A stretch of 64,000 bases of DNA from the human T2T-CHM13v2.0 reference genome, Homo sapiens (GCF_009914755.1 NC_060937.1), one strand, 5' to 3'. Counted from the first letter of the stretch, positions 1-13,300 are shown. Numbers and translations are program-made. Notes: generated by a model not told the origin, from the letters alone.

Positions 1-725
1 ATTGCTGATATATCTCGAAGCATATTGTAAATTTAAGAGGTAGGAAACCTTAGCTTAGATTGCTGCTTTTACTTTGGCAAGACTATGGAAGTGATTTAAA
101 CTACTGTTAGGAATATCAAAAACCAAAATCAATAGCAATAGTTGAATATAAAATGGATGCTTCTAGAATTGTCTGTTTTGTTATTGTTGAGATAACTTTA
201 ATGAGATAAATTTTATTTCATGTGTACCTTTGCTGTTTTATGCATTTGTCAAAAGTCTGATTCATTCTTGAAGCAAATGAGTGTACAGTAGTTAAACCAC
301 ACCAAATCAAAAAGGAAGGTTTAGGAATTTTTCCTACTCTGAAACACTCAGAATATTTAAGTATGTATAATTCCTTAGAAGTGGTCATGTATTTTCAAAT
401 GCAGGTGTACCTTTGCTTTGATTTCATTATTTTCTATAGCTATACTTTAAATAATTTTAGCCACTGTGTCGCTACTTGATCACATGAGGATGTAGTGTGT
501 CAGCAAAGCAGACTCCATGTGCAGCTCATTGAAACTTGCTCTTGAGAGCTTAGGAAAGAGAACTAATAGTATAAATTGTGCAATTATTTGTGAAATCCTG
601 GGCCTCTGTTTATAATCATCGTTATCACAGCATAATATTGCTTAAGGATACACACACAAACACAGATACATAAAACATTCAGCTATATACTTGACTTTTA
701 AGAGCACAAAGAGCTTCAACTTCTC

Positions 726-1093
726 TAATGTGGTTTGGCTCTGTGTCCCCACCCAAATCTCACCTTGAATTGTTAATAATCCCCTTGTGTCAAGGGCAGG
801 ACTAGGTGGAGATAAGTGAATCATGGGGGAAGTCCCCCACCCCATGCTGTTCTCATGATAATGAGTAAGTACTCAAGAGATCTGATGTGGTTTTATAAGG
901 GGCTTCCCCCTTCATTCATTTTTCTTCTTCCTGCCATTATGTGAAGAAGGACATGTTAGCTTCCCCTTCTGCCATGATTATAAGTTTCCTGAGGCCTCCC
1001 CAGCCATGTGGAACTGTGAGTCAAACTTCTTTCCTTTAGAAATTACCCAGTTTCGGCCAGTTCTTTATAGCAGCATAAGAACAGACTAATACA
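726..1093 (+). mobile_element. THE1D-like MaLR solo LTR
   Basis: Starts TAATGTGGTTTGGCTCTGTGTCCCCACCCAAATCTC, contains TAAGTTTCCTGAGGCCTCCCCAGCCATG, ends GAACAGACTAATACA; perfect 5-bp TSD TTCTC at 721-725 and 1094-1098. Confidence 0.92.
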
Positions 1094-1299
1094 TTCTCAA
1101 AATTCTATATCAACAAATCAGATGATGTGGGTGCAGGGAGCACTCTAGCAACCTCTGCCATATACAACAGTGACTTTACCTGTTTAAAATTCTGCAAGCA
1201 TTTTAGACAATCATCAGCTATGAGGATATAAAAATCAAAATCCATCTGCACCCTCTTGCACCCACCGCAGGAGGAATAACAACAAATACTACATCATAA

Positions 1300-1495
1300 T
1301 CGACAATCATTTATGAAATGCTTAACATGTGCCAGGCAATTATCTTCTTTTCCTCAGAGTAACTCTATGACCTAAGCACTACAACCTGAATTTGCACAGG
1401 AGAAAACTGGTTTAGAGTCCAAGGGACATAATTGTATTAAGAATTCAGTTCTGGAATTCAGTTTAATTCCAAAATTAGTTATCTTAACTGCCATA
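1300..1495 (-). mobile_element. MIR SINE fragment
   Basis: CATTTATGAAATGCTTAACATGTGCCAGGC...AACTCTATGA...GGAGAAAACTGG resembles the reverse-complement MIR core; degraded. Confidence 0.5.
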
Positions 1496-1787
1496 GAAAA
1501 TTTTCTTTCCCATTCCTACCAGCTCGAGACCAGAATTTAGAAAAAGTCTCTAACATATTTTAAAGCAAAAATGTTCAATGCCTAAATTTAGGAATGAATG
1601 CCTATACTAGAAGATGGATGCCTACCCCTTACTAGTTATATACCTCTAGGTTCCAACACAACCCTCTAGTTTAAGCTCTCCTTTAGGAATAGGATGAACT
1701 GGTGACAGAATTCAGACAGTACTAAGACAAAATCACAGAGACTTGACACTGCTCCATCCCTTGCACCCTAACTCCAGATTATACTTT

Positions 1788-1890
1788 AAATATTCCACAA
1801 TGTATATACATACTTTCAAACATCATGGTGTATATGATAAATGCATATAATTTTGATCTGTCCATTTAAAAATATTTAAAAGAAAAAAAT
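1788..1890 (+). mobile_element. L1MA-type 3' end fragment
   Basis: ATTCCACAATGTATATACATACTTTCAAACATCATGGTGTATATGATAAATGCATATAATTTT followed by an A-rich tail. Confidence 0.65.
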
Positions 1891-1973
1891 GAAGTAAAAA
1901 TGCTCTAAAAGAATAAAGGATCATGAATAAGCACAAAAACTGTTTAGGTATAGTGAGAAAGGTTTATTTCAAT

Positions 1974-2014
1974 CTCTCTCTCACACACACACGTGCATGT
2001 GCACACACACACAC
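1974..2014. repeat. (TC)n(CA)n microsatellite
   Basis: Read directly. Confidence 0.85.
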
Positions 2015-3577
2015 AATAAAAAAATGAGGAGTAAGATATCTTATTTCTCTTTTAAAAATTGAGCATCATCCAATTTTAGATAAAGAGGAAGGGCATTATT
2101 ACTATTAAAGAAGAATGACAAATATTCGCTAATAGAAGAAATAGATTCACATTTAAAATTAGTTAATTATCAAACAATAAAAATACTAAATATGTGAAAT
2201 AAGTGCACTCAGCAAACACATATAGAAAAATAATTTTTCAAAAACAAGTTTTCTCATTCTCCAAGAATGAGAAGTTTTCTCATTCTCCAAGTAAGCAACA
2301 CAGCCTCCCTTGGTTGAAGGTGTTTTGACTTTCTCGTTGGACCCAGGACCAACTGTGTAAAGAAAGCCTAAAATGTGAAGTGAAACTTCTGCTTGTCTCT
2401 CTGCTATCCCTGAAGCTGCCTTTGTGTTTGTGACAATGCAAAGCCAATCTCTCACTCTCTCCAAAATCCATCTTTGTAAAACAAAAAAGAATAATAAAAG
2501 AGAAATCATAAAAGCATAAATTAGAATGACAAATGAAAGACTAAATTTAACTAATGTAACAAAATAGGAAAAACCAAATCTGCTTAAATTAACCCCTTAA
2601 ACATGTACTGGGTTGATTTTTTTTTAATCTAAAAATGTTTTCCCAAAAATAAACACAAAGAGGCTTAGAAATAAAATTTCATAACAAATATAAAAATAAA
2701 AAGAGCACAGCCCTACCCATAAAACATTAGCAAAAGGGAAGTAGAGTGGTTATATTACCAGCAAACTAATATTTAAACCTTTGAGGCTAGATGGCATGTT
2801 TTACTTATAAGTCTGGTGTATAGCATTTTTGTAAGACTTAGTGAGTACAGCACATTAATGAAGTTGGATTTCTAAGACATGAAATATCAGAAACGGGCCA
2901 TTTTAATTTGTATTAAACACTAACTTATAACAAATAGCTAACAATTGACTTCGACATTCTCATGCTTTTACTTAATCTCTTTATTAAGTTCTCCCCTTTT
3001 CCTTCTACCACTTGCACTCCCTCTTCAGGGACTCTAATTTTCCTTAGCATCTATATTTCATAACAACATACGTACCTTGCAAGTTCTGAAGCAGAGCAAA
3101 TAGACTGCAATTGATCAAATTTTTTTTTTCATTTTATAGATACATGAAAAGAATTGCCCCTGGCTCAATTCTTCTATCTCCTATTTCTTTTTGGATCTCC
3201 CAATGACTTCAAAGAGAAATTTTCTCTGGGAGAATTGAGCAAGGGGTCTATAATGTATAAATCTAAGTTTTTTAATGTCAAGACATAAAATAACAATAAT
3301 TCACTTTTTAAAAGTGAATAAAAAGCCCAACAAAAACAAAATCAATTTTAGAAGCCCCTCCTACTATGAAAATCTCTTTGTCTTACTGTCAGAGATAGAA
3401 TTTGACTAAGTAAGTTCATGTACCCAAAACATATAATTTGTTCAGCTGTGTTTTATGTTAACAATTATGTCTCAATAGAGTGATGTAGAGATTTCATGAA
3501 AGCAAGCAACTGAAATGTTCATTCCAAAGCAGCATAGTTCAATAAGACTCTTTACTTCAATCATGGATATGGTCCCA

Positions 3578-3730
3578 GCACTAATAAGGTAGCCACTTAT
3601 GTGCCCCTTTTAACCTTTCAAATGTGGTGAGTATAACGAAGGAAATAAACTTTTAATTTTGGTTAATTTTTAATTAATTAGAATGTAAATAGTTACGGTG
3701 ACTGTTGGCTACCATACCAGACAACATAGT
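3578..3730 (+). mobile_element. MER3 (hAT-Charlie MITE) fragment
   Basis: GGTAGCCACT...AAATGTGG...TTTTAATTTT..TTAATTTTTAATTAATT...TGGCTACCATACCAGACAAC matches the MER3 layout. Confidence 0.7.
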
Positions 3731-3759
3731 TCCAATTTTGCTTCTACAGCAGGCAATCT

Positions 3760-4955
3760 GCTAAACAGGAGTGCAGTGAAAAGTGAAACCAGTATTAGAC
3801 TCATGAAACTTATGGTTTAGTGCTGGTAACAAGAAACATGTAAATGAATAAACAAAAATATGAACTGAGTAGAAAAGCATGGTTTTTTTTAAAAAGGGAG
3901 ATAATTTACTATGATTAAGGAGACAGGGAAGACCACACAGAGGGTATGAGCTAACACCTGAATGATAGAAAGGGGTCAATCAATCAAATAGCTCAAGGAA
4001 AGGGCATCGGTGGCTAAGGAGCAGCAGAAGCCAAGTCTCAAGCATCTTGGCTTTTTCGTGGAACTGACAGAAACGTGTGGCTGGAATAGAGTAAGTAAGA
4101 AAGAGAAAAGAAAAGTCAAGTTGGAAGAATTAAGCAGTGTCTAGTATATGTCATGTCTTCAAATTTATAAAAAGGCTTTGATCTTTTTAAAATTGCAAAT
4201 GAAAACTATTGCTTTATTTTATTTATGTATTTATTATTTATTTGTTTTGAGATATGCAACGGTGCAATCTTGGCTCGCTGCAGCCTTGACCTCCTGAGCT
4301 CAAGCAATCCTCCCATCTCAGCCTCCCAAGTAGCTGGGACTACAGGCACATGCCACCATGCTCAGCTGTTTTTTGTATTTTTTGTAGAGACAGGGTTTCA
4401 CCATGTTGCCTAGACTAGTCTAGAACTCCTGAGCTGAAGCTATCTGCCCACCTTGGCCTCGCAAATGGCTGGGATTACAGGCATGAGCCATGGTGGCTGG
4501 CCACATCTACAGCATTTTTAATGGAAGAGAAACCTTATTATATTTGTGAATTTAAATTTTTACTTTCTTTGCCTCATACAGAATTAACCAGAGAGAGTGA
4601 AAATGGAATCTGGGGAGAAAATTTAAGAGGGTGTTGCAGTTGTCTGATTTGATACAGTAGGAGCATCTGAAGTGAAAAGAAGGCTCTAAGGTCCACACAT
4701 ACACAATGTGGATTAGACTTGATGTTCAGAAAAGAGAAATAGGGGTTAACCTTTCAACATGAGAGTAAACAAATCTCAGTGAGACAGGGAAAGCTGTGGG
4801 AAGAACAAATGCCAGGCCTCAGCCATATGTTTAATTTTACTAATTTTAATGTGTTGTTGAGACACTCAAAAGGAGTTCTCAAGTAGGCAATTGGAGCCAG
4901 AGAGTGGAGTTTCAGCCCAAGAGACAAATTTTGGAGTCTTCTAAAAAGAGATAGT
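3760..4955 (-). mobile_element. L2 fragments, interrupted by the Alu at 4213-4502
   Basis: Degraded purine-rich L2-like text (GAGCTAACACCTGAATGATAG, GTGTGGCTGGAATAGAGT, AAGTAGGCAATTGGA, TTTTGGAGTC). Confidence 0.5.
4213..4502 (-). mobile_element. AluJ-type SINE
   Basis: T-rich tail then GCAGCCTTGACCTCCTGAGCTCAAGCAATCCTCCC (AluJ diagnostics); short deletion near the 3' end. Confidence 0.92.
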
Positions 4956-5149
4956 GTTTGTTTTTCATTAGGATTTAAATTTGTAGGTTTAGTTAGGTAA
5001 ATCCTTCATAGCTTTATTTTGTATGAAATGTATCCTAATCTATTGAAATAATTTATATTATGTCAATATTTGTCATTTACTTAGAAGTACCGTAAGTTTT
5101 TGTCTTAAACATTTTCATATCTGTATGCCCCAAAATTTTTTAGTTGATT

Positions 5150-5410
5150 CTCAACATAACACAACGTTATAGCTAGATAGGAATAATAAGTTTTAGTGTT
5201 CTATCCCACTGTAAAATGACTGCAGTTAACAGTATAATAAATCATTTCAAATAGCTAGAAGAGGCGTATCAAATGAACCCAAGACAGAGAAATCATGTTT
5301 GAGATGAGGGAAATGCTTGATCTAATCACTATATACATATCAAAACATCACTATGGACCCCATAAATATGCACAATTTTTATATGTTAATGAAAATTATT
5401 TTTTAATGTA
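5150..5410 (+). mobile_element. L1MA-type 3' end fragment
   Basis: AGCTAGATAGGAATAATAAGTTTTAGTGTTCTAT...TTTCAAATAGCTAGAAGAGG...AAAACATCACTATGGACCCCATAAATATGCACAATT. Confidence 0.75.
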
Positions 5411-6022
5411 AAGCAGTAAAATTTTATCTTAACAAAAAATGTGTTACAGGAAAAATCCATAAAATAAATACTAATGAGGTAATGTCATTCAATCAAGAAA
5501 ACTGACTCAGAGGATCCTGACTGGAGGGATAAGGTGAGCAGAGCAGGCTCTCTATAGCACACTACTCTCTATTTCTCATCATCATCTGTCTTCTCACTTT
5601 CATCTCAGTCATACATGTAAAAACATTTCAGTGCGTTGATCCAAAACTCAACACTGCTAAATCATTCTAAAGAAATGATACTATACTTCTTTAAGTACTA
5701 GGTATAAGACAAAAATATGCCATGATTTATTTAAACATAAGGTACCTAATCAAATCAAGTGACAAAAACACACATGGGGATGAATAAATATTGTGAACAC
5801 AAAATTTGTTGTAATAACATTAATACTGAACCTTCATATTCTTCTGTTAGTTAGAAATGCATTGATTATTAATGAAATTAACTTAATCATTCATTTTCTT
5901 CTAATTTCTGGTAGCATATTGTTGTTAGCCATTTCTTTCTGAACCTCTCTTTTTTTATTTCATTTTTTTATTTCATTAAATTATTTCTTGACTTTTATTC
6001 TCTTTGTTCTAAGAGGTGTGTA

Positions 6023-6350
6023 TCAGGAACAGAAAACCAAACACTGCATGTTCTCACTCAAAAATGGGAGTTGAACAATGAGAACACATAGGCACAGGGA
6101 GGGGAACATCACGCACCTGTCAGGGCCTGTCAGTGGGTGGAGGGCAAGTGGAGGAATAGCATTAGGGGAAATACCTAATGTAGATGATGGGTTGATGGGT
6201 GCAGCAAACCACCATGGCACATGTATACCTATGTAACAAACCTGCACATTCTGCACATGTATCCCAGAATTTAAAGTATAACAAAATAAAATAAATAAAA
6301 TAACATAAAACAAAATAAAACCTTATTTTTTAAAAAAAGGAAAAAAAAAG
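6023..6350 (+). mobile_element. L1PA7/8-like 3' end, 5'-truncated
   Basis: GAACAGAAAACCAAACACTGCATGTTCTCACTC...CTAATGTAGATGATGGGTTGATGGGTGCAGCAAACCACCATGGCAC...ATGTATCCCAGAA plus A-rich tail; candidate TSD GAGGTGTGT at 6013-6021 and 6354-6362. Confidence 0.9.
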
Positions 6351-7089
6351 AGGGAGGTGTGTGTGTGTGTGACATTGTAGGATCAGGGAAGAGGCGAAGT
6401 CATTTCTGAAGCAAATTGTATAGTCCAGAGCTTTCAAGAAACAGTTTATGAAGAGATTAAGAAAATACATCAGGATATACTTAATCTATAGACGCTATAG
6501 GAATTCTGAATTCTTGAGAATTCCATAGAGAAACACAGTTGCTGATTGACTAACTTCATAACAATGTAGTAAATATGTCAACAAGATGAAACTGGTATAA
6601 ATAGAAATACAGCTAGCATTTGTATTGAAACTAAAATTAAAACTTTAGTCATTCCTAGATCAAAATAATACATCATACTGGTATCCAATTATTTTTCTTA
6701 TTTGTAAGAGCTCTTCACCAGGAAAGATATTACATGCATACTATATATTTATAAATACATGTGTCATACATAATGTTAATAGTCTAAGGTTGAAATTTAT
6801 ATGCAATGAATATAACTCTAGAATTTATTTTTGTGTGAAGAAACCTCTTATCAACAGGGAAAAAATTATATGAATTATATCAATGTGGAATGAATTTGAG
6901 ATAAATTACTTATCTCACATTACTCAGCTTGTAATGCACTTTGGGGATATTTACTTTTTACTTCCTCTATCCAAAGCCAATATTCAAATAACCCTGAAAA
7001 CTGCAATGTTAAAATTTTAAAATCACTTTAATCCATAGAACCAAAATTTTGCTGAGCCTAGAGCTGCAGTATAAAAGATCATATTCATT

Positions 7090-7245
7090 ATAATCATGGG
7101 AACAGAATAAATTTAATTTGATCCTCACAATATTCTTATGAGGCAGATATTATTCCTTTTCTACAGAGAAGGATACTGGCATGTGTGGATATTAACTACA
7201 TCACACAGTTAGTGTATTGTAAACACTCTTGAGAGTTAGGACTGT
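7090..7245 (-). mobile_element. MIR fragment
   Basis: ATTTGATCCTCACAATATTCTTATGAGGCAGATATTATTCC...ACAGAGAAGGATACTG...TCACACAGTTAGT. Confidence 0.65.
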
Positions 7246-8392
7246 CTTATGCTTTTCTGAACCTGCAGGACATAGTTGGAGAGCGACTGACATATCATAG
7301 GTGTCCAGCACATGTCTGTTTCATTGAAATAAAGCAGTGGCGCTGCAAATTAAATTGAGTATTCCCTGACATTAAATTCATTATCTTTCCACTGTATTGT
7401 ATAATACTCTACTGAGTCGAGGACTAAGCTCCCTCTCCCCACCTAAATATAGATGTCCACTATCTTGTGGATTTCTCTTACTTAGCTTTCTTTAAAGTAA
7501 ACCAAAAAGGTGTGGGGTGGGGGGGCATCTAAAATGCATATTTACTGCATTTTTAAAAAGTGCACAACTGACCATAATTGAGGGTCCAAGATGTTGGTAA
7601 ATGGGGTGGGGAAATCTCATAAAATCCATCAATGGAGGACATAAATAGTATAAGCTCTGGATTTGAAAAATGTCTGGGGAAACAAGGATGAACAAAACAA
7701 TGGAATAGAACAAAGAAAAAATTCCAAGGAATAAAAAATTGACACATGCAGAAAAATACTCCAGGACACACTTGAATCCCAGACTCATGGGTCCAGATGG
7801 CGATAGATCAGGAGGCCTCTGCAGTTGAGTGGCTTTCTGTGCATTTCAAAATCGTTTGCATCCCTTAGAGCTCTCAATATGGTGCCTTATTAATAATGAT
7901 TGCCCAGTAATTGTGGTCAAATATTGATTAATACCAAGGACCCACTGAAGGCCCCAAGTAAACAATCACATTTCTGAAGAGAGTGAAGATATGGCTACTG
8001 TTTGAAATAGTCTGAAATTAGATTTAGATCTACAAACTTGTAATTAAGTACCTATTGTGAGCAAAGCAGTGAATTCAATGCCAAAGGTAAAAAAGCTTTT
8101 AAATTCAGAATTACATTTTTAAAATCATGAGGAATATAAGGTGAATACAAACATGTTAAAGAAATTCCAGCATATCAGTACAATTAAAAATCAATCGTTT
8201 GAAATAAAATAATATTAGGATGAATTGGTATTTTGTAAACTGAGTTAATTTATTAAGTAAATTAGCATAGAAGACTATCAAGTCTGAAAATGTAAATAGT
8301 TTAAAGACTTTCAATAGATGACACACCACTGTTTACAATTAAAGACTGCAAGGAGATATTGGCAAATGGATCCATAACTTTGATGTTGGTAT

Positions 8393-8468
8393 CAGTGAGG
8401 TCAACAAAGTCTTTTGTAGGATAATCTTTGCAGTGAGGTCAACAAAGCCTTTTGTAGGATAATCTTTG
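8393..8468. repeat. 38-bp tandem duplication (2 copies, 1 mismatch)
   Basis: CAGTGAGGTCAACAAAG(T/C)CTTTTGTAGGATAATCTTTG at 8393-8430 and 8431-8468. Confidence 0.95.
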
Positions 8469-8639
8469 ATGCAATCTGAATCTACAGCTGCATGCCATGG
8501 GAGCTGCAAACAGGCCCATTCCATGTTTCTATAGCCCCATTTCTGAGCCTCATACTTTTTTCAAAAAACATGCTTGTGTCATTGACAAGGAGATAGTGTT
8601 GATACTGCTAGTTTTACATCAAATTCTGTTTTCTGATTA

Positions 8640-9260
8640 TTTTACAATAATGGAATTGTAGCTGGGGATTGCTGCTCATCTAAGGACAATATTTTTCAGC
8701 ACTCCCTGTAGTTAAATGTTGTCATGTGATTGATTTATTTTATTATTATAATTTTTTTGAGACAGAGTCCTAGCTCCATCACCCAGGCTGGAGTGCAGTG
8801 GCTGCAATCTTGGCTCACTGCAACCTCTGCCTCCCGGGTTCAAGCAATTCTCCTGCCTCAGCCTCCCAAGTAGCTGGGACTACAGGTGGGCACCATCATG
8901 CTCTACTAATTTTTGTATTTTTAGTAGAGATGGGGTTTCACCATGTTGGGCAGCCTAGTCTCGAACTCCTGACATCAAGTGATCCACCCACCTCAGCCTC
9001 CCAAAGTGCTGGGATTACAGGCATGAGCCACCAACACCCCAGCCTCATGTGGTTGATTTCTGAGCCAACTTGCATTTGCGGTCTTCGGTGCTCTGTCCCT
9101 CTGTCTTCTAGAGCGACTTTGAAAATTCTTGTTGAAGACGGTAGAACTGCCCTTCCCTTGGATTGAATGACTTCATGAATGACAGCCATTCATTAACCTG
9201 GAATAGCTCATTTGGACCATTACTTTATGAAATAAATTTCTTTGTTTCACTTTACTCTTA
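8640..9260 (+). mobile_element. ERVL LTR16-like remnant split by an Alu
   Basis: CCCTGTAGTTAAATGTTGTCATGTGA..[Alu]..TTCTGAGCCAA...GAAGACGGTAGAAC...GAATGAC...AATAAATTTC. Confidence 0.45.
8737..9044 (-). mobile_element. AluS (Sx/Sz-like)
   Basis: Full dimer; 15-bp TSD TCATGTG(A/G)TTGATTT at 8722-8736 and 9045-9059. Confidence 0.95.
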
Positions 9261-9982
9261 TTGTATTCTTTAGGTGACTAAATTATTTTTAGGTATCTTG
9301 CTAAGGGCTTAGTTTAAATTAGTTCCACCAGTAACATAGCTCTGAGAATTTAGGTCCAGCTTTACTTAATTTACCATCATTGGGTTTTTACTTTCATTTA
9401 TTTATTCAACCAAATTCTATGTGTCCTCATTAAAAATTGAAAAATTCCTGAAATATGTAAATGGTAAAAAACAGACTAGAGAATCTACTTTTCAGAATGT
9501 AGGATTAGAATTCAAGCATGTCACATACGATATAGAGCCAAACATATATAAAACGTATGAGGAAAATTACTACTTCACCCCTTAAAAAAGGGAAAACTTC
9601 TGACTACTATAGAAATAAAATATTCAGGTGTAATTATTCGATATCTTCATATGCATGAGATAGCATTAATCATCTTATTATCAATTAAACCAAAGTTTGA
9701 TGTAGACATAAAAGCACAGAAAATGAAAATATACCAATTTCTGAGCAAATGTATAATAGAGCAAGATCTTCCAATTTTTTATGATTGAATAACTGAAATA
9801 GTTCAACAACTTAGCCTAAATTTCTTGATGTATTCTCAAATGGATTAGAAATTTTAAATGTCCATAATTTTTTCTTAAATACTAACATCATTAATGAACA
9901 TACAAATAATCCAACATTATCATATGTTATTGGCATAAGAATAATAAAGATAAGTAATACGCAAAATGTTGTTTATTATCTT

Positions 9983-10325
9983 ATTTTTAAAATTGAAATA
10001 AAATTGTATATATTTATTATGTACAACATGCTGTTATGAAGTATATATACATCATGGAATGGTTAAATCTAGCTATTTAACAAGTGTGTTACACAGTTAT
10101 TTTTGTGATAAAAACACTTATCTCCTTTTGCATTTTTCAATAATACATTATATCATCAACTATAGTCACCATGCTGTGCAATAGATCTCTTAAACTGATT
10201 TCTCCTATCTAACTATAAATATGTATCCTGTCACTGACATCTACCCAACCCTTCTTCCCCCTAACCATCACAGCCTTTGGAAATCACCATTTTACTCTCT
10301 TTTTCTAGGAGATTAACATTTTTTA
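9983..10325 (-). mobile_element. L1MA8/9-like 3' end
   Basis: AAAATTGTATATATTTATTATGTACAACATG...GGAATGGTTAAATCTAGCTA...ACTATAGTCACCATGCTGTGCAATAGATCTCT. Confidence 0.8.
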
Positions 10326-13300
10326 AAGTTTTATTTTATTTTAATTGACACATAATTGTGCATATTTGTGAGGTACAATGTGATGTTTTAATACATGTAT
10401 ACACTGTGTAACGAATAGAACATTCCTATTCAATAGAACATGATAATTTATTCCTTCTATCTATCTGTAATTTTAACAAGTGGTCTTCTTTTTTGGTTGT
10501 GTTTTTGTCTGGTTTTAATATTAGAGTAACGCTGGTATTAAAAAAATAAATTTGCAAATATTTTTTTCTCTTCAATATATGAAAGGGTTTGAGAATAATT
10601 GGTATTAATTATTCTTTAAATGTTTGATAGAATTCAACAGTGATGCCGTCAAATTCTGAGCTTTTCTCTGATGGAAGACTTTTTACTACTGATTCAGTCC
10701 CCCTTACTCCTTACTGATCTATTTAGATTTTCTATTTCTTCATAACTCAATCTTTGTAGGTTATATGTCTTCAAGAATTTATCCATTTCTTTTTGCTTAT
10801 CCAATTTGTTGGCAGGTAATTGTTCATAATAATCTCTTACAAAACTTTGTGTATTTCTGTGGCATTAATTATAATATCTCCCTTTTCTTCTCTGATTTTA
10901 TGTATATGTATCATCTTTTTTTTCTTAGTGTAGTTAAAGATTTGTCAATTTAGTTGACCTCCTCAAAAAGCCAACTCTTTGTTTCATTAATCTTTTCTAT
11001 TTTTTAATCTCTATTTTATCTTTTTCTCTGATCTTTACTGCTATCAATATTTACTTTACATATGTAGCTGCTCTGAAGTTGGGTACGTATATATTTACAA
11101 TTGTTATATCTTCTTGCTGAATTGGACCCTTTATAATTACATAATGACCTTTGTTTCATTTTACAGTTTTTTTTACTTAAAGCCTAATTTATTTAATTAA
11201 GTAAAGGTACTCCAAATCTCTTTTGGTTGCCATTTGCTTGGAATATCTTTTTCCATCCCTTGACTTTCAGTGTGTGTACCCTCACAGGTGCTGTGAGTCT
11301 CTTTTTGGCAGCATATGGTTAAATCCTGTTTTGTTTATACATTCAGCCACTCTTTGTTTTGATTAAATAATTTAATCTATTTACATTAAATCTAATGATT
11401 GGTAAATAAGGACTTACTATTGCCATTTTGTTAATTGTTTTCTAGTTATTTTAGAGATCTTTTTTCTTTCTTCCTCTCTTGTTTCTTTCTTCCTCATTTA
11501 GTTTGTTTCTTTGTATACCTCTAGTAACAGTGCTTTCTTGTTTTTTACTTTTTGTGTATGTATTCTAGAGTTTTGCTTCACAGTTACCATGAGGCTTATA
11601 AAAACATTTTATAGCTATAACAGGTTATCTTAAGTTGGTAACAAGTTAACTTTGATGGAAAAAAAAAACTTTATAATTTTACTTGAGTCCTTCCACTTCA
11701 TTTTGAATTTTTGATGTTATACTTTACATATATTTAAATTGCATGCCCTTTAACAAATTATTGTGGTTATTAAAATTTTGAATATTTTTATCTTTAAATC
11801 TTCATACTAAAGATATTAGAGATTTACATATCACCATTATAGTATTAGAATATTCTAAATTTGACTGTGTAGTTCATTTTAGCAGTAAGTTGTTCTGTGC
11901 TCAGATGTTTTTGTGAAATTCATTCATTTAATTTTCTCTCAGATTAAGTAACTCCCTTTAGCAATTCTTACAGATGTGGTGGTGATGAACTTCCTAAGCT
12001 TTTGTTTTTCTGTGAAATTATTTATCTCTCCTTCATTTCAGAAAGATAGCTTTGCAGGATATAGTATTTTTGGTTGCCGGTCATTTTTTTTCCCCCTTCA
12101 GCAGTCTGCATATATCATCCCATTCTCTTCTGTCCTGTAATGTTTCTGTAGAGAAGTCCTCTGCTGGACATATTAAAACTCCCTTTTATGTTATTTGCTT
12201 CTTTCTCTTGCTGCCTTCAGGACCCTATATTTGTCTTTTATCTTTGAAAGTTTTTGATTATAATATGTCTTGAGGTAGCTTCATTTGCATTTAATCTACT
12301 TGATGTCTTTGGATGTTGAGGGAAGTCAGGGACCCCAAACAGAGGGACCGGCTGAAGCTATGGCAGAAGAACATAAACTGTGAAGATTTCATGGACATTT
12401 ATGAGTTCCCCAAATTAATACTTTTATAATTTCCTATGCCTGTCTTTACTTTAATCTCTTAATCCCGTCATCTTCGTAAGCTGAGGATGTATGTCACCTC
12501 AGGACCCTGTGATGATTGTTATCTGTACAAATTGTTTGTAAAACATGTGTGTTTGAACAATATGAAATCTAGGCATCCTAAAAGAACAGGATATCAGCGA
12601 TTTTCAGGCAACAAAGGAGATAACCATAAAGCCTGACTGCCTGCGGTGCCAGGCAGAACAGAGTCATATTTCTCTTCTTGCAAAAGCGAATAGGAGAAAT
12701 ATCACTGAATTATTTTTCTCAGCAAGGAACAGCCCTGGGAAAAGAATGCATTCCCAGGGGGAGGTCTCGAAAATGGCTGCTCTGGGAGTATCTATTTTAT
12801 GCAGTTGTAGATAAGGGATGAAATATGCCCTGGTCTCCTTCAGCACCCCCAGGCTTGCTAGGATTGGAAAATTCCAGGCTGGTGAAATTCTAGTCAGACT
12901 GGTTGTCTGCTCCTGAACCCTGTTTCCTGTTAAGATGTTTATCAATGACAACGTGTGCCCAGCAGGACATGGACCTTCATCAGTAATTCCAGTTTTGCCC
13001 TGGCCTTGCAATCTCAATCTGCCTCTCTGCCCTTGTGATATTTTATTGCCTTGGAAGCATGTGATCTCTGCGACCCACACCCTATTCGTACACTCCCTCC
13101 CCTTTGAATATCGCTAATAAAAACTTGCTGGTTTTGCGGCTTAGGTGGGCATCACGGAACCTGCTGACATGTGATGTCACCCCCGGAAACCCAGCTGTAA
13201 AATTTCTCTCTTTTGTACTCTTTCTCTTTACTTCTCAGACTGGCTGGCACTTAGGGAAAATAGACAAGAAACTATGTTGAAATATTGGGGGCTGGCTCCC

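Noticed and set aside
8393-8468. Short direct repeats here and at 40858-40966 as CRISPR-like arrays
   Set aside because: Only two adjacent units with no spacers, in eukaryotic DNA with no cas genes.
12664-13117. 138-aa and 60-aa ORFs
   Set aside because: They lie within the MER11 LTR and show no gag, pol or env similarity.
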